A stretch of DNA of 64,000 nt from Octopus sinensis (taxonomy: Eukaryota), in assembly GCF_006345805.1 (NCBI RefSeq), contig NC_043003.1:50282001-50346000 (forward strand). The letters run 5' to 3'. A program made the position numbers and the translations under genes. The notes beneath the pieces were generated by a model. It had not been told where the DNA came from and made no database searches. It worked only from the letters and a program-made list of their open reading frames with translations. How positions within the stretch are numbered: the stretch's first letter is position 1; each line of letters opens with the position of its first letter. This document shows positions 13,441 to 26,369 of the stretch, one piece after another.

Positions 13441-14043
13441 ATTTTAGCCTTCGTTTTTTTTCTTAATTGTTAAATTAATTTAATTGTTACGCGTGTGTCT
13501 AAAATTATTCGTTTTGCTTTTGTTTTGAGTTTTTGCTTTCGTTTTAGCCTTTCGTTTTTTTTTTCTTAATCGGTAAATTAATTTAAAGATAACAATTAAC
13601 AAAAAAAAAAGCGAAAGCAATGGAAAATAATTTTAATTTAACAATTAAGAAAAAAAAACGAAAGGCTAAAACGAAAGCAAAAACTCAAAACAAAAACAAA
13701 ACGAATGATTTTAGACACACGCGTAACAATTAAATTAATTTAACAATTAAGAAAAAAAACGAAGGCTAAAATTTAGGGTTTAGGGTTAGGGTTAGGGTTA
13801 GGGTTAGTGACAGGATGTTGTCTCAGTTTTAGACACAGCAAATGATTTTAGCTCAATTAGAGGCAATTGTTTGGTTAAAATTCGAAAAATTAAACCACGT
13901 TAAACTTACAAATTACAATTTTCTCAAGAAAGCTAAGAGAAAAAAATGTTTTATTTTGACACATTCTACCAGTATACGAAGTTTCAAAGTGTTTAGTTAA
14001 CTAGAAATTGTGTTGAAAACTGCCGTTCAAAAGGAAAAGATCC
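13176..14043. mobile_element. Foldback MITE, ~405-bp inverted arms containing (TAACCC)n
   Basis: GGATC...GATCC termini; 8-bp TSD atataatg (13168-13175 and 14044-14051). Confidence 0.92.
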
Positions 14044-14074
14044 ATATAATGTATTAATATACATGGTTTTGTTG

Positions 14075-14428
14075 GTGCTTTTTGGGAGTTACGACTTGAG
14101 CAGCTCGAATGACCATAGGATTGCACCTAGAAAGTTTCCCCCCGATGCACAAGTCCGGGTAACGTTGTTTATGGAAGACCAACAGTTACCCATGCATACC
14201 ACCCTCCCTTTTCCACGCCACTCATGTTATCTGAGGGAAAGGCAAAGGTCAATACAGCTTGGCACCAGTGACGTCGAAACTCATTTCTACAGATGAGTGA
14301 ACTAGAGTAACGTGAAATAAAGCGTCTTGCTCAAGAACACAACACACGGCCCGGCCCGGTCCGGGAATCAAACTCACTGCCTCATGATTTTGAGTTTGAT
14401 GCTCCGGCCACTGAGCCATACGCTTCAC
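14075..14428 (-). mobile_element. SINE family D (tRNA head, CORE-like domain)
   Basis: tggctcagtgg A-box-like; gtgttcttgagcaagac...gttcactca core. Confidence 0.75.
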
Positions 14429-14431
14429 GTT

Positions 14432-14480
<49 letters not shown>

Positions 14481-14539
14481 ATATATATATGAAGCTATAG
14501 GGTGATTTACAAAGCACTCAATACGAGAGTATTTTAGCT

Positions 14540-14593
<54 letters not shown>

Positions 14594-14706
14594 TATAAAA
14601 ATAATCATACATACATACATACCTACATGCATACATGTATACATAAATACATACACTTTTATACAAATGTGTATGCATGTATTGGCCAATATATAAATAT
14701 ACGCAA

Positions 14707-14900
14707 GGCGGTGAGCTAGCAGAAACTTTAGCACGTATTTCGTTTGTCTTTGTGTTCTGAGTTCGAATTCCGCCGAGGTCGACTTCGTCTTTCCTCCTTT
14801 CGGAGTCTATAAATTAAGAACCAGTTGCGTACTGGGGTCGTTCTAATCGACTGACCTCCTCCCCCAAAATTTCGGGCTTGTGCCTAGAGTAGAAAAGAAT
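14707..14900 (+). mobile_element. SINE family B, tail type 2
   Basis: ggcggtgagctagcag head, core, ...cctagagtagaaaag tail. Confidence 0.85.
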
Positions 14901-15196
14901 TTATAAATATACGCAACACTCTCGGTGTGAGTAAGTGCATTTTAATTGAATATGACTGTGAATGTATTATCTCGCTTTCCTCTTAGTTTAATTTTCATAG
15001 TCTTTTCTCCTCTAAATATCTAATTCCCTACTGTGTCTTAATTTGCCTCGTGCCTACATATGTGTGCGTGTAGGCACGTATGATTGTGTGCATAAGTTTA
15101 CATTTGTAGACGGACTACCAATAAAGTAGAATTAAATGAAAGACGACAATAGACACAGACCACAAAAGCAGACACACACACATTCATATATATATA

Positions 15197-15253
<57 letters not shown>

Positions 15254-15644
15254 TACACTTACATATCCTTACGTAAAATCAGACACGATAAAGAAATATA
15301 TATTAATGACAATATTATCGTACTTGGTCACCCTGACGACAGCTGTCAACTGTTCTCAACTTATAAAACAATCCCCTCTCCTCTATCCCCTTTCTTTTTC
15401 TTATCATAGTGTGCACCCCTGCCACACACACACACACACACATACATTTCATTCATGTTTACTATGATAAACATTGTGGCTTACATGTCCAGATAACGTG
15501 TCGTCACCTGGATATTCCCCACCTCTTAATGACTCCCACGCAACAACGTTTAAGCGCCAGTAAACAGCCAAAACCAACTTAAAATACACTTAAACACGCA
15601 CCGTCATTCACACACACACACACACACATACGCACACACACATG

Positions 15645-15697
<53 letters not shown>

Positions 15698-15752
15698 CAC
15701 ACACACACACACACAACACACACACGCACACACACGCACACACACACACACG

Positions 15753-15804
<52 letters not shown>

Positions 15805-15911
15805 CTCACACAAAACTACGGAACACCTACAAGATGCTTGATCAGCAAGAAATAGTGACCGAATTTCTTTCAAATAATGGTTTCTAGTTTAGCCAAAAAA
15901 GGCCAGTAGTT

Positions 15912-16742
15912 GGATCTTTTCGGTTTGAACAGCAGTTTTTAACATAATTTCTAGGAGTGGCTGTGTGGTAAGTAGCTTGCTAACCAACCACATGGTTCCG
16001 GGTTCAGTCCCACTGCGTGGCACCTTGGGCAAGTGTCTTCTGCTATAGCCCCGGGCCGACCAATGCCTTGTGAGTGGATTTGGTAGACGGAAACTGAAAG
16101 AAGCCTGTCGTATATATGTATATATATATATGTATGTGTGTGTTTGTGCGTCTGTGTTTGTCCCCCTAGCATTGCTTGACAACCGATGCTGGTGTGTTTA
16201 TGTCCCCGTCACTTAGCGGTTCGGCAAAAGAGACCGATAGAATAAGTACTGGGCTTACAAAGAATAAGTCCCGGGGTCGATTTGCTCGACTAAAAGGTGG
16301 TGCTCCAGCATGGCCGCAGTCAAATGACTGAAACAAGTAAAAGAGTAAGAGTAAAGAGAGTAACTAAAAGATTTTAAACTTCGTATACTGGTAGAATGTG
16401 TTTATAAAACATCATTTTGTCTTGGCTTTATTGAGAAAATTCTATAGTTTGTAAGATATTTGTTGCTGATTTTTCTTCAATTTCTGCAATTTCAACCAAT
16501 CACTGACGTCCATTGAGATAAAAAAACATCCTGTGAACTATGAATATGTCCCTCGTTTAAGAAACAGATTGGGTTCATTTACATTTGTGAAGAAGAAAAG
16601 TACTCTTCCCCCCACTCCTAACCCTAACCCTAACTAACCCTAACAGATTGAAATGCAGTAGATCGATACTAGGGTCATAATTATGGGTGACAATTTCATA
16701 TGACACCGCTAGAAAAAACTGCCGTTCAAACCGAAAAGATCC
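15912..16742 (+). mobile_element. Asymmetric MITE of the GGATC family containing (TAACCC)n
   Basis: ~27-bp TIRs; 8-bp TSD cagtagtt (15904-15911 and 16743-16750). Confidence 0.9.
15953..16360 (+). mobile_element. SINE family A nested in the MITE
   Basis: Splits the MITE sequence ttctag|taactaaa. Confidence 0.9.
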
Positions 16743-17572
16743 CAGTAGTTTTGAAGAATCGACCTGAATACATTACTGCTTTTTTATTTATTGACTCCGT
16801 ATGGATGAAAGGTAAAGATGGCCTGGGGATGATTTGAACTCGGAGCATTAAAATTCGGAACAGATAGTTCCAACGGTCAAACGATTTTGCCAATCTGTCA
16901 CTCGTATGGCAGATTAGATAATGCCGAGTCATGATGGCCGTAGCAGGAATGTCTTTCCTTTTAGGACTTCTGCCAGGGCTAAATAAAAATAACGGCAAGA
17001 TTTGAGTTAACTTGAAACTTCGACACAGTTGCCCGACCTACATGAAATTTCACTCATGTAACCATACCACCGAAAAAAAACTAACAAAAAAAACAGAAAA
17101 ACGTTGGACAACAGACAAGGCTGGAATGTCTGCTCAATCAGCACTGAGCTGGGCTTTAGCAACAACAGCCGTCTAGAAACATATGCCACTACCACATACA
17201 TAGCTATGGATTATGGGGCGGTCTTGCTAACATTTGGACAAATGCCACTCTCCCGCATTTCAGTACAATTATAATTATTGTCAAACAGTAATGTTTTAAT
17301 TTTGGGTTTTCTGCAAATTAGACTTAATAGCCAATCCATTTTGTTCGTTGATTCTTTGATGTAGCTGTTGTCACTGTCATTATTTTTTTGTTGTATTTGT
17401 TGTCAGTAAAGTTAGTAAATGAGTGACGCCATAAAAATCAGGAAGTTACGGCTGTCACTTCGTTAAAATACCTCCACCTCATTTCTGTCACCTTTCTCTT
17501 CTGTTGACCAAGCATGCATTTCCGTTCAGAAAAGAGGAGAAAAGTAGTTTTAAAAAAATACAAATATGAACA

Positions 17573-17930
17573 TAGGCGCAAGCGAGACTGTGTGGTAAGA
17601 AGTTTGCTTCCCACCCACATGGTCCTGGGTTCAGTCCCACTGCGTGACACTTTGAGCAAGTATCTTCTACTATAGCCTCGGACATACCAAAGCCTTGTGG
17701 GTGGATTTGGTAGGTGGAAACTAAAGGAAGCCCGTCGAATATATAATATATGTGTGTGTGTGTGTTTATGTGTGTGTGTTCCCCCTGCCCCCGATATCGC
17801 TTCACAATAAGTACCAGGCTTAAAAAAAGAAATGAACAAGTCCTGGGGGAGGGGTGATTTGTTCGACTAAAACCCTTTAAGGCTGTGATCCAGCATGGCC
17901 GCAGTCAAATGACTGAAACAGGTAAAAGAA
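17573..17930 (+). mobile_element. SINE family A with internal deletion
   Basis: Head, CORE-like motif and tail present. Confidence 0.85.
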
Positions 17931-18578
17931 GAAAGAAGAAACCCGAAACAAAACAGAACAAAAAAAGGAAAGTCCAACCAAACCGCCGGAATACACTTGT
18001 CAGTTTGGCTGATTACAGTAACAAAGAGTATTTTGAGGGTTTTGATAAGAGTCGGTTCGTAGTTATCAACCTGCATGAACCAGCTGTTAAAATTCTTTCA
18101 AATCACACCCGACCTGTCTTTTTAAAAGAATTAAATTAGATATTGTGGCCCTTGATACATTCTGTTAAGACTATCCCGCCTTTTAGTCCTAAAGGCAGGA
18201 TAGTTTTAGTTGCGATATTTTTGCTCGGTCAGGGCTGATCTAAGACCGAAACAGCCGCAATAATGTGCGCGTTTGTATGTATGTTCGTGTATCTAATTAC
18301 ACATGATGCTTATGTATGCAATAATATTCATTGCGTTAGTGTATGTATATGGATGGGGGGGGGTCTGTGTGTGTGCGTGTGTATGTATATCTTTGTGTAT
18401 GCTTTTGTGTGTGTATGTGTCTGTATGTGTGTGTGTGTGTGTGTGTGTGCGTGTGTGTGTGTGTGGTGTGTGTGTGTGTGTGTATGTATATGTTGATTCA
18501 ACGTGAGATTGTTTTTGTTATTTTTCCTGTAAACATATTCTCGGGAGTAAACATGTATCTAAGATATATACCTACGTA

Positions 18579-18614
<36 letters not shown>

Positions 18615-18625
18615 ACACACACACA

Positions 18626-18664
<39 letters not shown>

Positions 18665-19236
18665 ATGCGTGAGTATAGGTTTAGACATGGTTATGTAGCT
18701 AGGAAATTCATTTCGAGGCTATGTGGTTTCTAGTTTGATGTTACTGTTTGATACTTTAGGCAACTCTATCACCTTCGCAAAGAGAGAAAGAGAGAGAGAT
18801 AGATAGAAAGAAGAGAGAGAGAGAGAGAGAGAAAAGAGAGAGAGAGAGAAAAAGGGAGAGAGAGAAAGGAGAAGAGAGAAAGAGAGAGAGAGGAGAGAGT
18901 GATGGGAGTTGGGGGCAATGGGATCTTTCTCTCGTCTTCCACTCGATCTGCTGGGAGTTTGGCTTACGATGAATCTTTTACTGACCTTTCAGATGTTGTC
19001 CCCTAGTAACCGAGTTGATTTTACGCGAAGTATTAGTATATTTCTCTTTTTTTCTCACAATAAAACCCCAAGGTTTTCATCTGTGTAATTTGATAATTGT
19101 CTCTATATCTGCTCACTAGGATTCCCCTTATAGCAACTCTTTACCCCGCTGACTTGGTTCTTGGTAAAGATATCGGAGCATAAGTTCATTTGAGCGCTCG
19201 ATCTTACCTGCTGACTCACACACACACACACACACA

Positions 19237-19276
<40 letters not shown>

Positions 19277-19292
19277 GTATGTGCGTATGTAT

Positions 19293-19339
<47 letters not shown>

Positions 19340-19343
<4 letters not shown>

Positions 19344-19562
19344 CATTTCGTTTTGGGATTTGGTCTGAAAGATTCTTTATGTGAGTTCGTGTATTGAAGC
19401 ATATTCTGTTGTGCCTCGGGTGAGTCATTTTCTTTTTGTGCCTTAAAATTAAAACACTCACCGTTAAAATGTTCACATATTTCTTATTTTTATTTTACCT
19501 AAAATTTTCGTTGCGTCTTGCAACCTTTTCAAGTCTTGACTCTGTCCGTTATTTACACTGCA
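19340..19562 (-). mobile_element. Repeat family E
   Basis: Homolog of 7053-7250; ends in (TA)n. Confidence 0.7.
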
Positions 19563-19810
19563 CAATACATACAGATGTACACACATACATACATATATAC
19601 ATATGCATACACACACACATGCAAACATGCATACATACATACATACATTACATACATACATACATACATCATACATACATACATACAGCAACACATGAAT
19701 GCATGCATAGGCAAACCCACACGCACACACGCACACGCAGACCCCCACACACGCACAGCACAACACACACTGACCCACACACCATGCGCACAAAACAAAC
19801 AAAAAGGAAC

Positions 19811-19925
19811 GCAGTGTAAATAACGGACAGAGTCAAGACTAATGAATGTTGCAAGACGCAACGAAAATTTTTAGGAAAATAAATAAGAAATAAGATTAAA
19901 TTTTACCGGTTGAGTGTGCTAAATT
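19811..19925 (+). mobile_element. Repeat family E, partial
   Basis: Inverted relative to 19340-19562. Confidence 0.65.
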
Positions 19926-19931
19926 ATATAT

Positions 19932-19964
<33 letters not shown>

Positions 19965-20247
19965 TATGTATGTATATGTATATATAAATATACTTAAGTG
20001 AAAAACTAATGACCCCCCCCACACACACTCATACTCTACACACACACACAACCACACTCACACACACCAACACAAACATATATATCTATATATATATATA
20101 TATATATATATAGACAACCCCATAAATCCGATGTTACGGTTTCAGTCTCCAGTCTTATGAATGTTACTTTACTTCTCTACTTATGGGGAGGGCTTTCAGA
20201 ATGAAACCGTTCAGTACCCTAAATTCTCTGTTCTGAAACTGTATATA

Positions 20248-20543
20248 TCTTTATATATAAAAGTGAAGTTGTGTGAGTGTCTGTCTCCTACGATTTAGAT
20301 TCCTAACTACTCCCACATTTTGCGGTGCAGTTTAACCAAACTATCTTATAGTAATGATTCATATCGAGCCCTTATGGGTATTAGCGCGCGTCTTCGATGA
20401 GTCTACGATTTAAAAAAAATTTATCATAATTTTTTCCCATTTTTAATGCATTTTTTGCTATTATATAAGGGAAGTAACTCTCTAAAAATGCTTATATAGT
20501 TATTTCCCTTAGAAACCCGAGCAACGCCGGGCGATACTGCTAG
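20248..20543 (+). mobile_element. Non-autonomous Helitron-like element
   Basis: A|TC start; cccgagcaacgccggg hairpin; CTAG|T end. Confidence 0.85.
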
Positions 20544-20871
20544 TTATTACATAAATATTATACCAATGCTGTTACCACACATACGAGTTCCTGTTTTTTC
20601 CTTCTGACTTATGAAACAAAAATAATATTCTCGTTGCTCAGCCGTCCCGGAATTTCCCGTCTAAGCATTAGTTAATTCTGTTAGAAACCAATCAAACTAT
20701 TATACACAAGGAGTAGAAAGAAAAGTAATGAAAACTGCTGTAGCGGAATCAATAGGATCTGCACTCTAGAGAGCAAAACAATTCAATTTGCAAAATAGAA
20801 GTTGTCATAAAAAACTGCAGAGAGCGTAGGGCTTCGAAACTAACACGTACACATAAATTACTAGAAAATAT

Positions 20872-21270
20872 GGATGGATGGAATGGAAGCACTCCGTCGG
20901 TTACGACGACGAGGGTTCCGGTTGATCCGAATCAACGGAACAGCCTGCTCGTGAAATTAACGTGTAAGTGGTTGAGCACTCCACAGACACGTGTACCCTT
21001 AACGTAGTTCTCGGGGATATTCAGCGTGACACAGAGAGTGACAAGGCCGGCCCTTTGAAATACAGATACAACAGAAACAGGAAGTAAGAGTGAGAGAAAG
21101 TTGTGGTGAAAGAGTACAGCAGGGATCACCACCATCCCCTGCCGGAGCCTCGTGGAACTTCTAGGTGTTTTCGCTCAATAAACACTCACAACGCCCGGTC
21201 TGGGAATCGAAACCGCGATCCTATGACCGCGAGTCCGCTGCCCTAAGCACTGGGCCATTGCGCCTCCACC
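20872..21270 (-). mobile_element. SINE family C, full length
   Basis: tRNA-like head (tggcccagtg, ggtttcgattccc); short (CATC) tail; 12-bp TSD actagaaaatat (20860-20871 and 21271-21282). Confidence 0.88.
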
Positions 21271-21606
21271 ACTAGAAAATATAAAGAGCTGTTAAATGTT
21301 TAGATAGAAGATATGTTTTTACAGTTGATTTCCACTCTTATAAGCCATTCTTGAACGATGAATATTAAACATACATTATCAATTGCAATAAGAATTCTGA
21401 AGTTGTTCAAATATTTATTGCTTCTAATGAATTGTTTGAAAATGTCAAGAAACGATTTAATCTCCGTCACATATGGGTTAATCAGGAGTTTCAGCAAATC
21501 TTGAAAAAGAGTTATTACAAAAAGAAGTAAATAACTATCAAATCTAATTTTTAATGTACACCAATGCGGGATATATGGAAACGTTTACTCTCTCTCTCTC
21601 TCTCTT

Positions 21607-21814
21607 TGCCCCTTTACTTGTTTCAGTCATTTGATTGTGGCCATGCTGGAGCACCGCCTTTAGTCGAGCAAATGGACCCCAGAGCTTATTCTTTGTAAGC
21701 CTAGTACTTATTCCATCGGTCTCTTATGCCGAACCGCTAAGTTACGGGGACGTAAACACACCAGCATCGGTTTTCAAGTGATGTTGGGGGTGGGGACACA
21801 TACAGTCACACAAA

Positions 21815-21862
<48 letters not shown>

Positions 21863-22035
21863 CATATATACGACGGGCTTCTTTCAGTTTCCGGCTACCA
21901 AATCCACTCACAAGGCTTTGGTCGGTTCGAGGCTATAGTAGAAGACACTTGCCCAAGGTGCCACGCAATGGGACTGAGCCCGGAACCATGTGGTTCGTAA
22001 GCAAGCGACTTACCACACAGCCACTCCTACGCCTA
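21607..22035 (-). mobile_element. SINE family A, full length
   Basis: Head to tail match to other copies. Confidence 0.9.
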
Positions 22036-23084
22036 TGTCTAAAATTCTATGACAGATGAGGTAAGTAATGCACAAAGTATAAAGTAGCAAAATATTATTT
22101 CCCGTTGTTGGGAGTAAACGCCACTAGAGACTTGAAACGTCAATCACTGCATGCGGGTTTATCGAACTGGTACTCCAAGAGCAATGGAAGGCATCTCACT
22201 ATCTGGTTTAATTCGTCTATAGAAATCTAACAGAGGAGCGTGCGTCAAAAGGAGCGGGAGAACGCAGCGTCTGAAAGGCGGGCAAAGGCGGACATCCGGA
22301 GGCGGGCGAAGGCGAGCTTCGTGGACGTAGGCGCGATCGATGCCGTCAGTCGCCGGGAGTGCGTGGCGATATGCACCGGGTTAAAACAGCGACGTGGTCC
22401 GACCCGTAAGAAACGATTTAATATCCGTCACATATGGGTTAATTGCTGCCCTGCTATAATGTGTTACACTATGATGAAATATATTGAACCTAAAAGACTT
22501 TTGATTTTGTATAAATTTCCATTCGCTCTAAATCTGGTGCATACTTGTTGGAGTCGTTTTTATTTCATCAATCCCGACTTCATTACTATATTCTATGATT
22601 CAGTAAATTATTTCCGTTTTTACAGCACATTTTCTCAGAAGGATAAATGGCAAACATCATTCCGTCACAAAAGTTATGCAAAAGATTGTTACATTATGAA
22701 GCAATAGAAATACTAAAGATCACTGAAAAGAAGCCAAACATAAACATACATGTTTCATTAGGCTTTGGGGAAATTGCTCAAATGTATTTAAGGAAAACAT
22801 TAGGATAAAGAATGTAATTAAGACTATTGCTCAATTAACAATAGTCACAATTAACAATTAAGCCTCCGTCAAATGATGCAAGTATGATTGGAAGAAGTTG
22901 ATGCAGACATTATTGATGATTCATTAGGAATAAAACTCTGTACTCTGAAGAACTTAAAGGGTTAACGGAGACAGAGATTCGTAGTTTAGACAGCGAAGAA
23001 AGGGCCACTTCTACCACAAATTTTGTCGAGATGTTTTCTTCAAGTTTTACGTGAAACAGTTATCGTTACAGTGACAACCATCCA

Positions 23085-23447
23085 AATATTCTTTTTTTAC
23101 TCTAGGCACAAGGTCCGAAATTTTGGGGGAGGGGGCCAGTCGATTATATCGACCCCAGTACGCAACTGGTACTTAATTTATCTACCTCGAAAGGATGAAA
23201 TGTAAAGTCGTCCTCGACGGAAATTGAACTCAGAACGTAAAGACACATGAAATACCTATTTCTTTACTACCCACAAGGGGCTAAACACAGAGAGGACAGT
23301 GTGTAACTGGTACTTAATTTCTCGACCCCGAAAGGATGAAAAGCAAAGTCGACCTCGGCAGAATTCGAACTCAGAACATAACGGCAAACGAAATACCGCT
23401 CAGCATTTCGCCCGGCGTACTAACGATTCTGCCAGCTCGCCGCCTTG
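23085..23447 (-). mobile_element. SINE family B head-to-tail dimer (tail 1 then tail 2)
   Basis: Two cores joined at gaaata-GGTATTTC (~23255). Confidence 0.85.
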
Positions 23448-24223
23448 ACAACCATCCAAATATTGAACAAAGCATGAAAATAAAGATTTGTAATGGTAGG
23501 GCTGATAGCTTCATTGAGAAGAACTGGAGATTCTTAAAAGAAAGCAAAGTAGTTAAACATTTTATCATTTTTTTTAAAGTAGAAATACAAAACCAAACAA
23601 AACTAGTTTTAAGGAAATTACTTTTCATAATTCCGTTTTTGTTTGATTGCTTGATTGTTTTTTTACTTGCTGCATCAGCTAATGAGAGCGTTTAAAATTT
23701 TCTTTGAATTCAATATAATTTTTTACAAGACATTTGATGTGTTATTTCTCAAGACAGTAAATCGTTAATATTTCTGGGCAAGCCACTAAGCAACAATGGG
23801 AGGGGAGGCTTCAGCTGAACGGATCACCAGTTTTGGCAATAGACTATTTATTTAGCCTTCACTGCCACCAAGTCTACTCTGGTCCTTGCAACAGGTATTA
23901 GACAAATGGTGGAAGATAATTCTCTGGCTTAGATATATAAGTCTTGCAGGGGTGGCCCCAAGATTTGTCTCACAGGCCTATTGGTGTGTCAACATGTCTT
24001 AATGTCACACGGCCCAATTAATCTGCATAAAAGTTAAAAAGGCCCTTTGCTTCATGAGTAGGTTTAGGAGAGCAGGAGACTAGCAGAGTAAACTGCAAAG
24101 AAACATGTAGAAAGCTCGGGAAACCAATCTGCTGTCTTTCTCAAGATAGATAATGAATCTTCTGATTTTGGTTTGAAAGTCCATGTTCGTCGACACCTAT
24201 TGGGATGGAAAATGCCGAGATAA

Positions 24224-24291
<68 letters not shown>

Positions 24292-25174
24292 CAGCGAGAG
24301 GGAAGCAAGAGAGAGAAGTAGGGGATTAAAAACGACTTAAATGAAATCTTTTCTTTGACCGTTTTTAGAAAGGATATATTCCTTTCATGAGAACAGCTGT
24401 CTGCAGCAAATATTTAATCCAGGTCTTGTAATACCATGAACCAGAATTCAAAGGAACGCGTAGAATCTATGGTATCTGCAGAAATTCCTGAACAATATTA
24501 GTTATTAACATTTGTCATTACATGACAATGCATTGCAAACATGGCATTAGACAAAAATGTAGAACGGGGAAAGATGTTTAACATCTTGAGATTTTGTTAT
24601 GGGTATTACTTAACCCCAGGTACTCCCTGATCAAGCTGAAAACTCAATAGAAGTACCCCAACCATTGTTTCAGGGATATTTATATCTACTTTATTCATCG
24701 TATCTTTTTCTGTTTTTAAGACAGCAGAGTATGTTTTAAGAGAAAATTGGTTGTTCTTTGTAGCGACTCGAGGTACCAAGTGACGCACTTCGTAATTCTG
24801 GTATCCTGAGCGTTGTTCAGTAGTCACAGCTTTAATCTTTTGAATGCATACTCTCTTTTACTTGTTTCAGTCATTTGACTGTGGCCATGCTGGAGCACCG
24901 CCTTTAGTCGAGCTAATCGACCCCGGGACTTATTCTTTGTAAGCCCAGTACTTATTCTATCGGTCTCTTTTGCCGAACCGCTAAGTGACGGGGACGTAAA
25001 CACACCAGCATCGGTTGTCAAGCAATGCTAGGGACAAACACAGACACACAAACACAAACACACACATATATATATAACGGAAGCTTTATGAAAATAGACA
25101 AAAGACGAAGGCAGGTGGGAAACAAACAAACAATTGTATTAGTATGGCGCTCAGGAAATATAAATAAAACAAGT

Positions 25175-25210
25175 CTTTAACGTTTCGAGCCTACGCTCTT
25201 CAACAGAAAG
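25175..25210 (-). ncRNA. Minimal type I hammerhead-like motif, CUGUUGA core
   Basis: Reverse strand: cttt-CTGTTGA-A-GAGC-gtag-GCTC-GAAA-CGT-T-aaag. Confidence 0.6.
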
Positions 25211-25378
25211 ATACACAGAGAGAAAAAAACACAGAAAGAAGGAGAGAAAAAAATGTGTGCAGTAACTAACGAATCAACATGGCGATCTGATTTCGGCCAG
25301 AGGTCAAAGATCAAACATGAGACGCGAGAGCGAAATAAGGGGAGATAATAGGGTTGATAATAGGGTTGAATGACCAGC

Positions 25379-25653
25379 TATTAGTGCGTAGGAGAGGTCT
25401 GGACGTGTGTATGTATAGGGTTGGTGTATGTATTAGTATGTATTAGTATGTATAAGGGTGTGTGTGTGTGTGTGTGTATGAGAGAGTATTAGTGCGTATG
25501 ATAGGTCTGGACGTGCGTATGTATGGGGTTGGTGTATGTATTAGTATGTATTAGTATGTATTAGTACGTATTAGTATGTATAAGTGTGTGTGTGTGTGTA
25601 TGAGAGAGTATGAGTGCGTATGAGAGGTCTGGAAGTGTGTATGTATAGGGTTG

Positions 25654-25660
<7 letters not shown>
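25379..25660. repeat. ~110-125-bp minisatellite, about 2.4 units
   Basis: agtgcgta.gagaggtctgga...ggttggtgta repeated three times. Confidence 0.85.
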
Positions 25661-25719
<59 letters not shown>

Positions 25720-26369
25720 TACGACAGGCTTCTTTCAGTTTCCGTCTACCAAATCCACTCACAAGGCATTGGTCGGCCCGGGGCTATAGCAGAAGGCACT
25801 TGCCCAAGATACCACGCAGTGGGATTGAACCCGGAACCATGTGGTTGATTAGCAAGCTACTTACCACACATCCACTCCTGCGCATGATTCATTCTTATAC
25901 CGCATTGAAGGTTGGTAGAGGAAATGCATGATGATCGAAGTTGTTCTTTGAACCATCTGTGCTTATAGTGGCGGTTATAATATTCCTTACAACATTAATT
26001 CTAATGCTGGTCTGTGTTCAGTATTATTGTTACAGCCATATTTCAGGTAGAGAAGCTGTAATATTAATGGTGCTAATATTGATGTTATTATTAAATTAAA
26101 TTCTGGTCCATCTTGATCGAAAACGCCTATAGACAAAGATATTCCAATCAATACCATCTCGTCTTTCATGAAAACTTGGACAACAATATCTAATACAAAT
26201 ATTTCCTTAATTTTTAAAACGATGCAAAGTGAATTGAGGAATATTTAGCCTCTATTTCTACCAAATTGAGTGTCTCTATATAGGCTTCCACGTTGGCTGT
26301 TTAATTGACAGAGTAGCGTGCGATTGAAGGGATATTTGGCTAGTGTAGAGTGACTCCTTCGTGATGGTG

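Larger units (their letters stand above)
24850..25882 (-). mobile_element. SINE family A split at its internal microsatellite by an insertion (~25070-25660)
   Basis: 3' half 24850-25070, 5' half ~25700-25882. Confidence 0.85.

Noticed and set aside
13410-13810. Chromosome end or telomere fusion site
   Set aside because: The short TAACCC/TTAGGG runs are internal to a TSD-flanked MITE and recur in other copies
15889-16182. Recurring '[29 protein letters not shown]' ORFs
   Set aside because: Antisense translation of SINE A, not a protein family
22240-22407. APE endonuclease fragment (minus-strand SDH and IDR-like words)
   Set aside because: The motifs are in different frames and in the wrong order
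24606-26169. Cadherin-like hints (INIPETMVGV..., VFDQDGPEF)
   Set aside because: No DxNDNxPxF, DRE or DxD motifs, no long ORF and no convincing splice context
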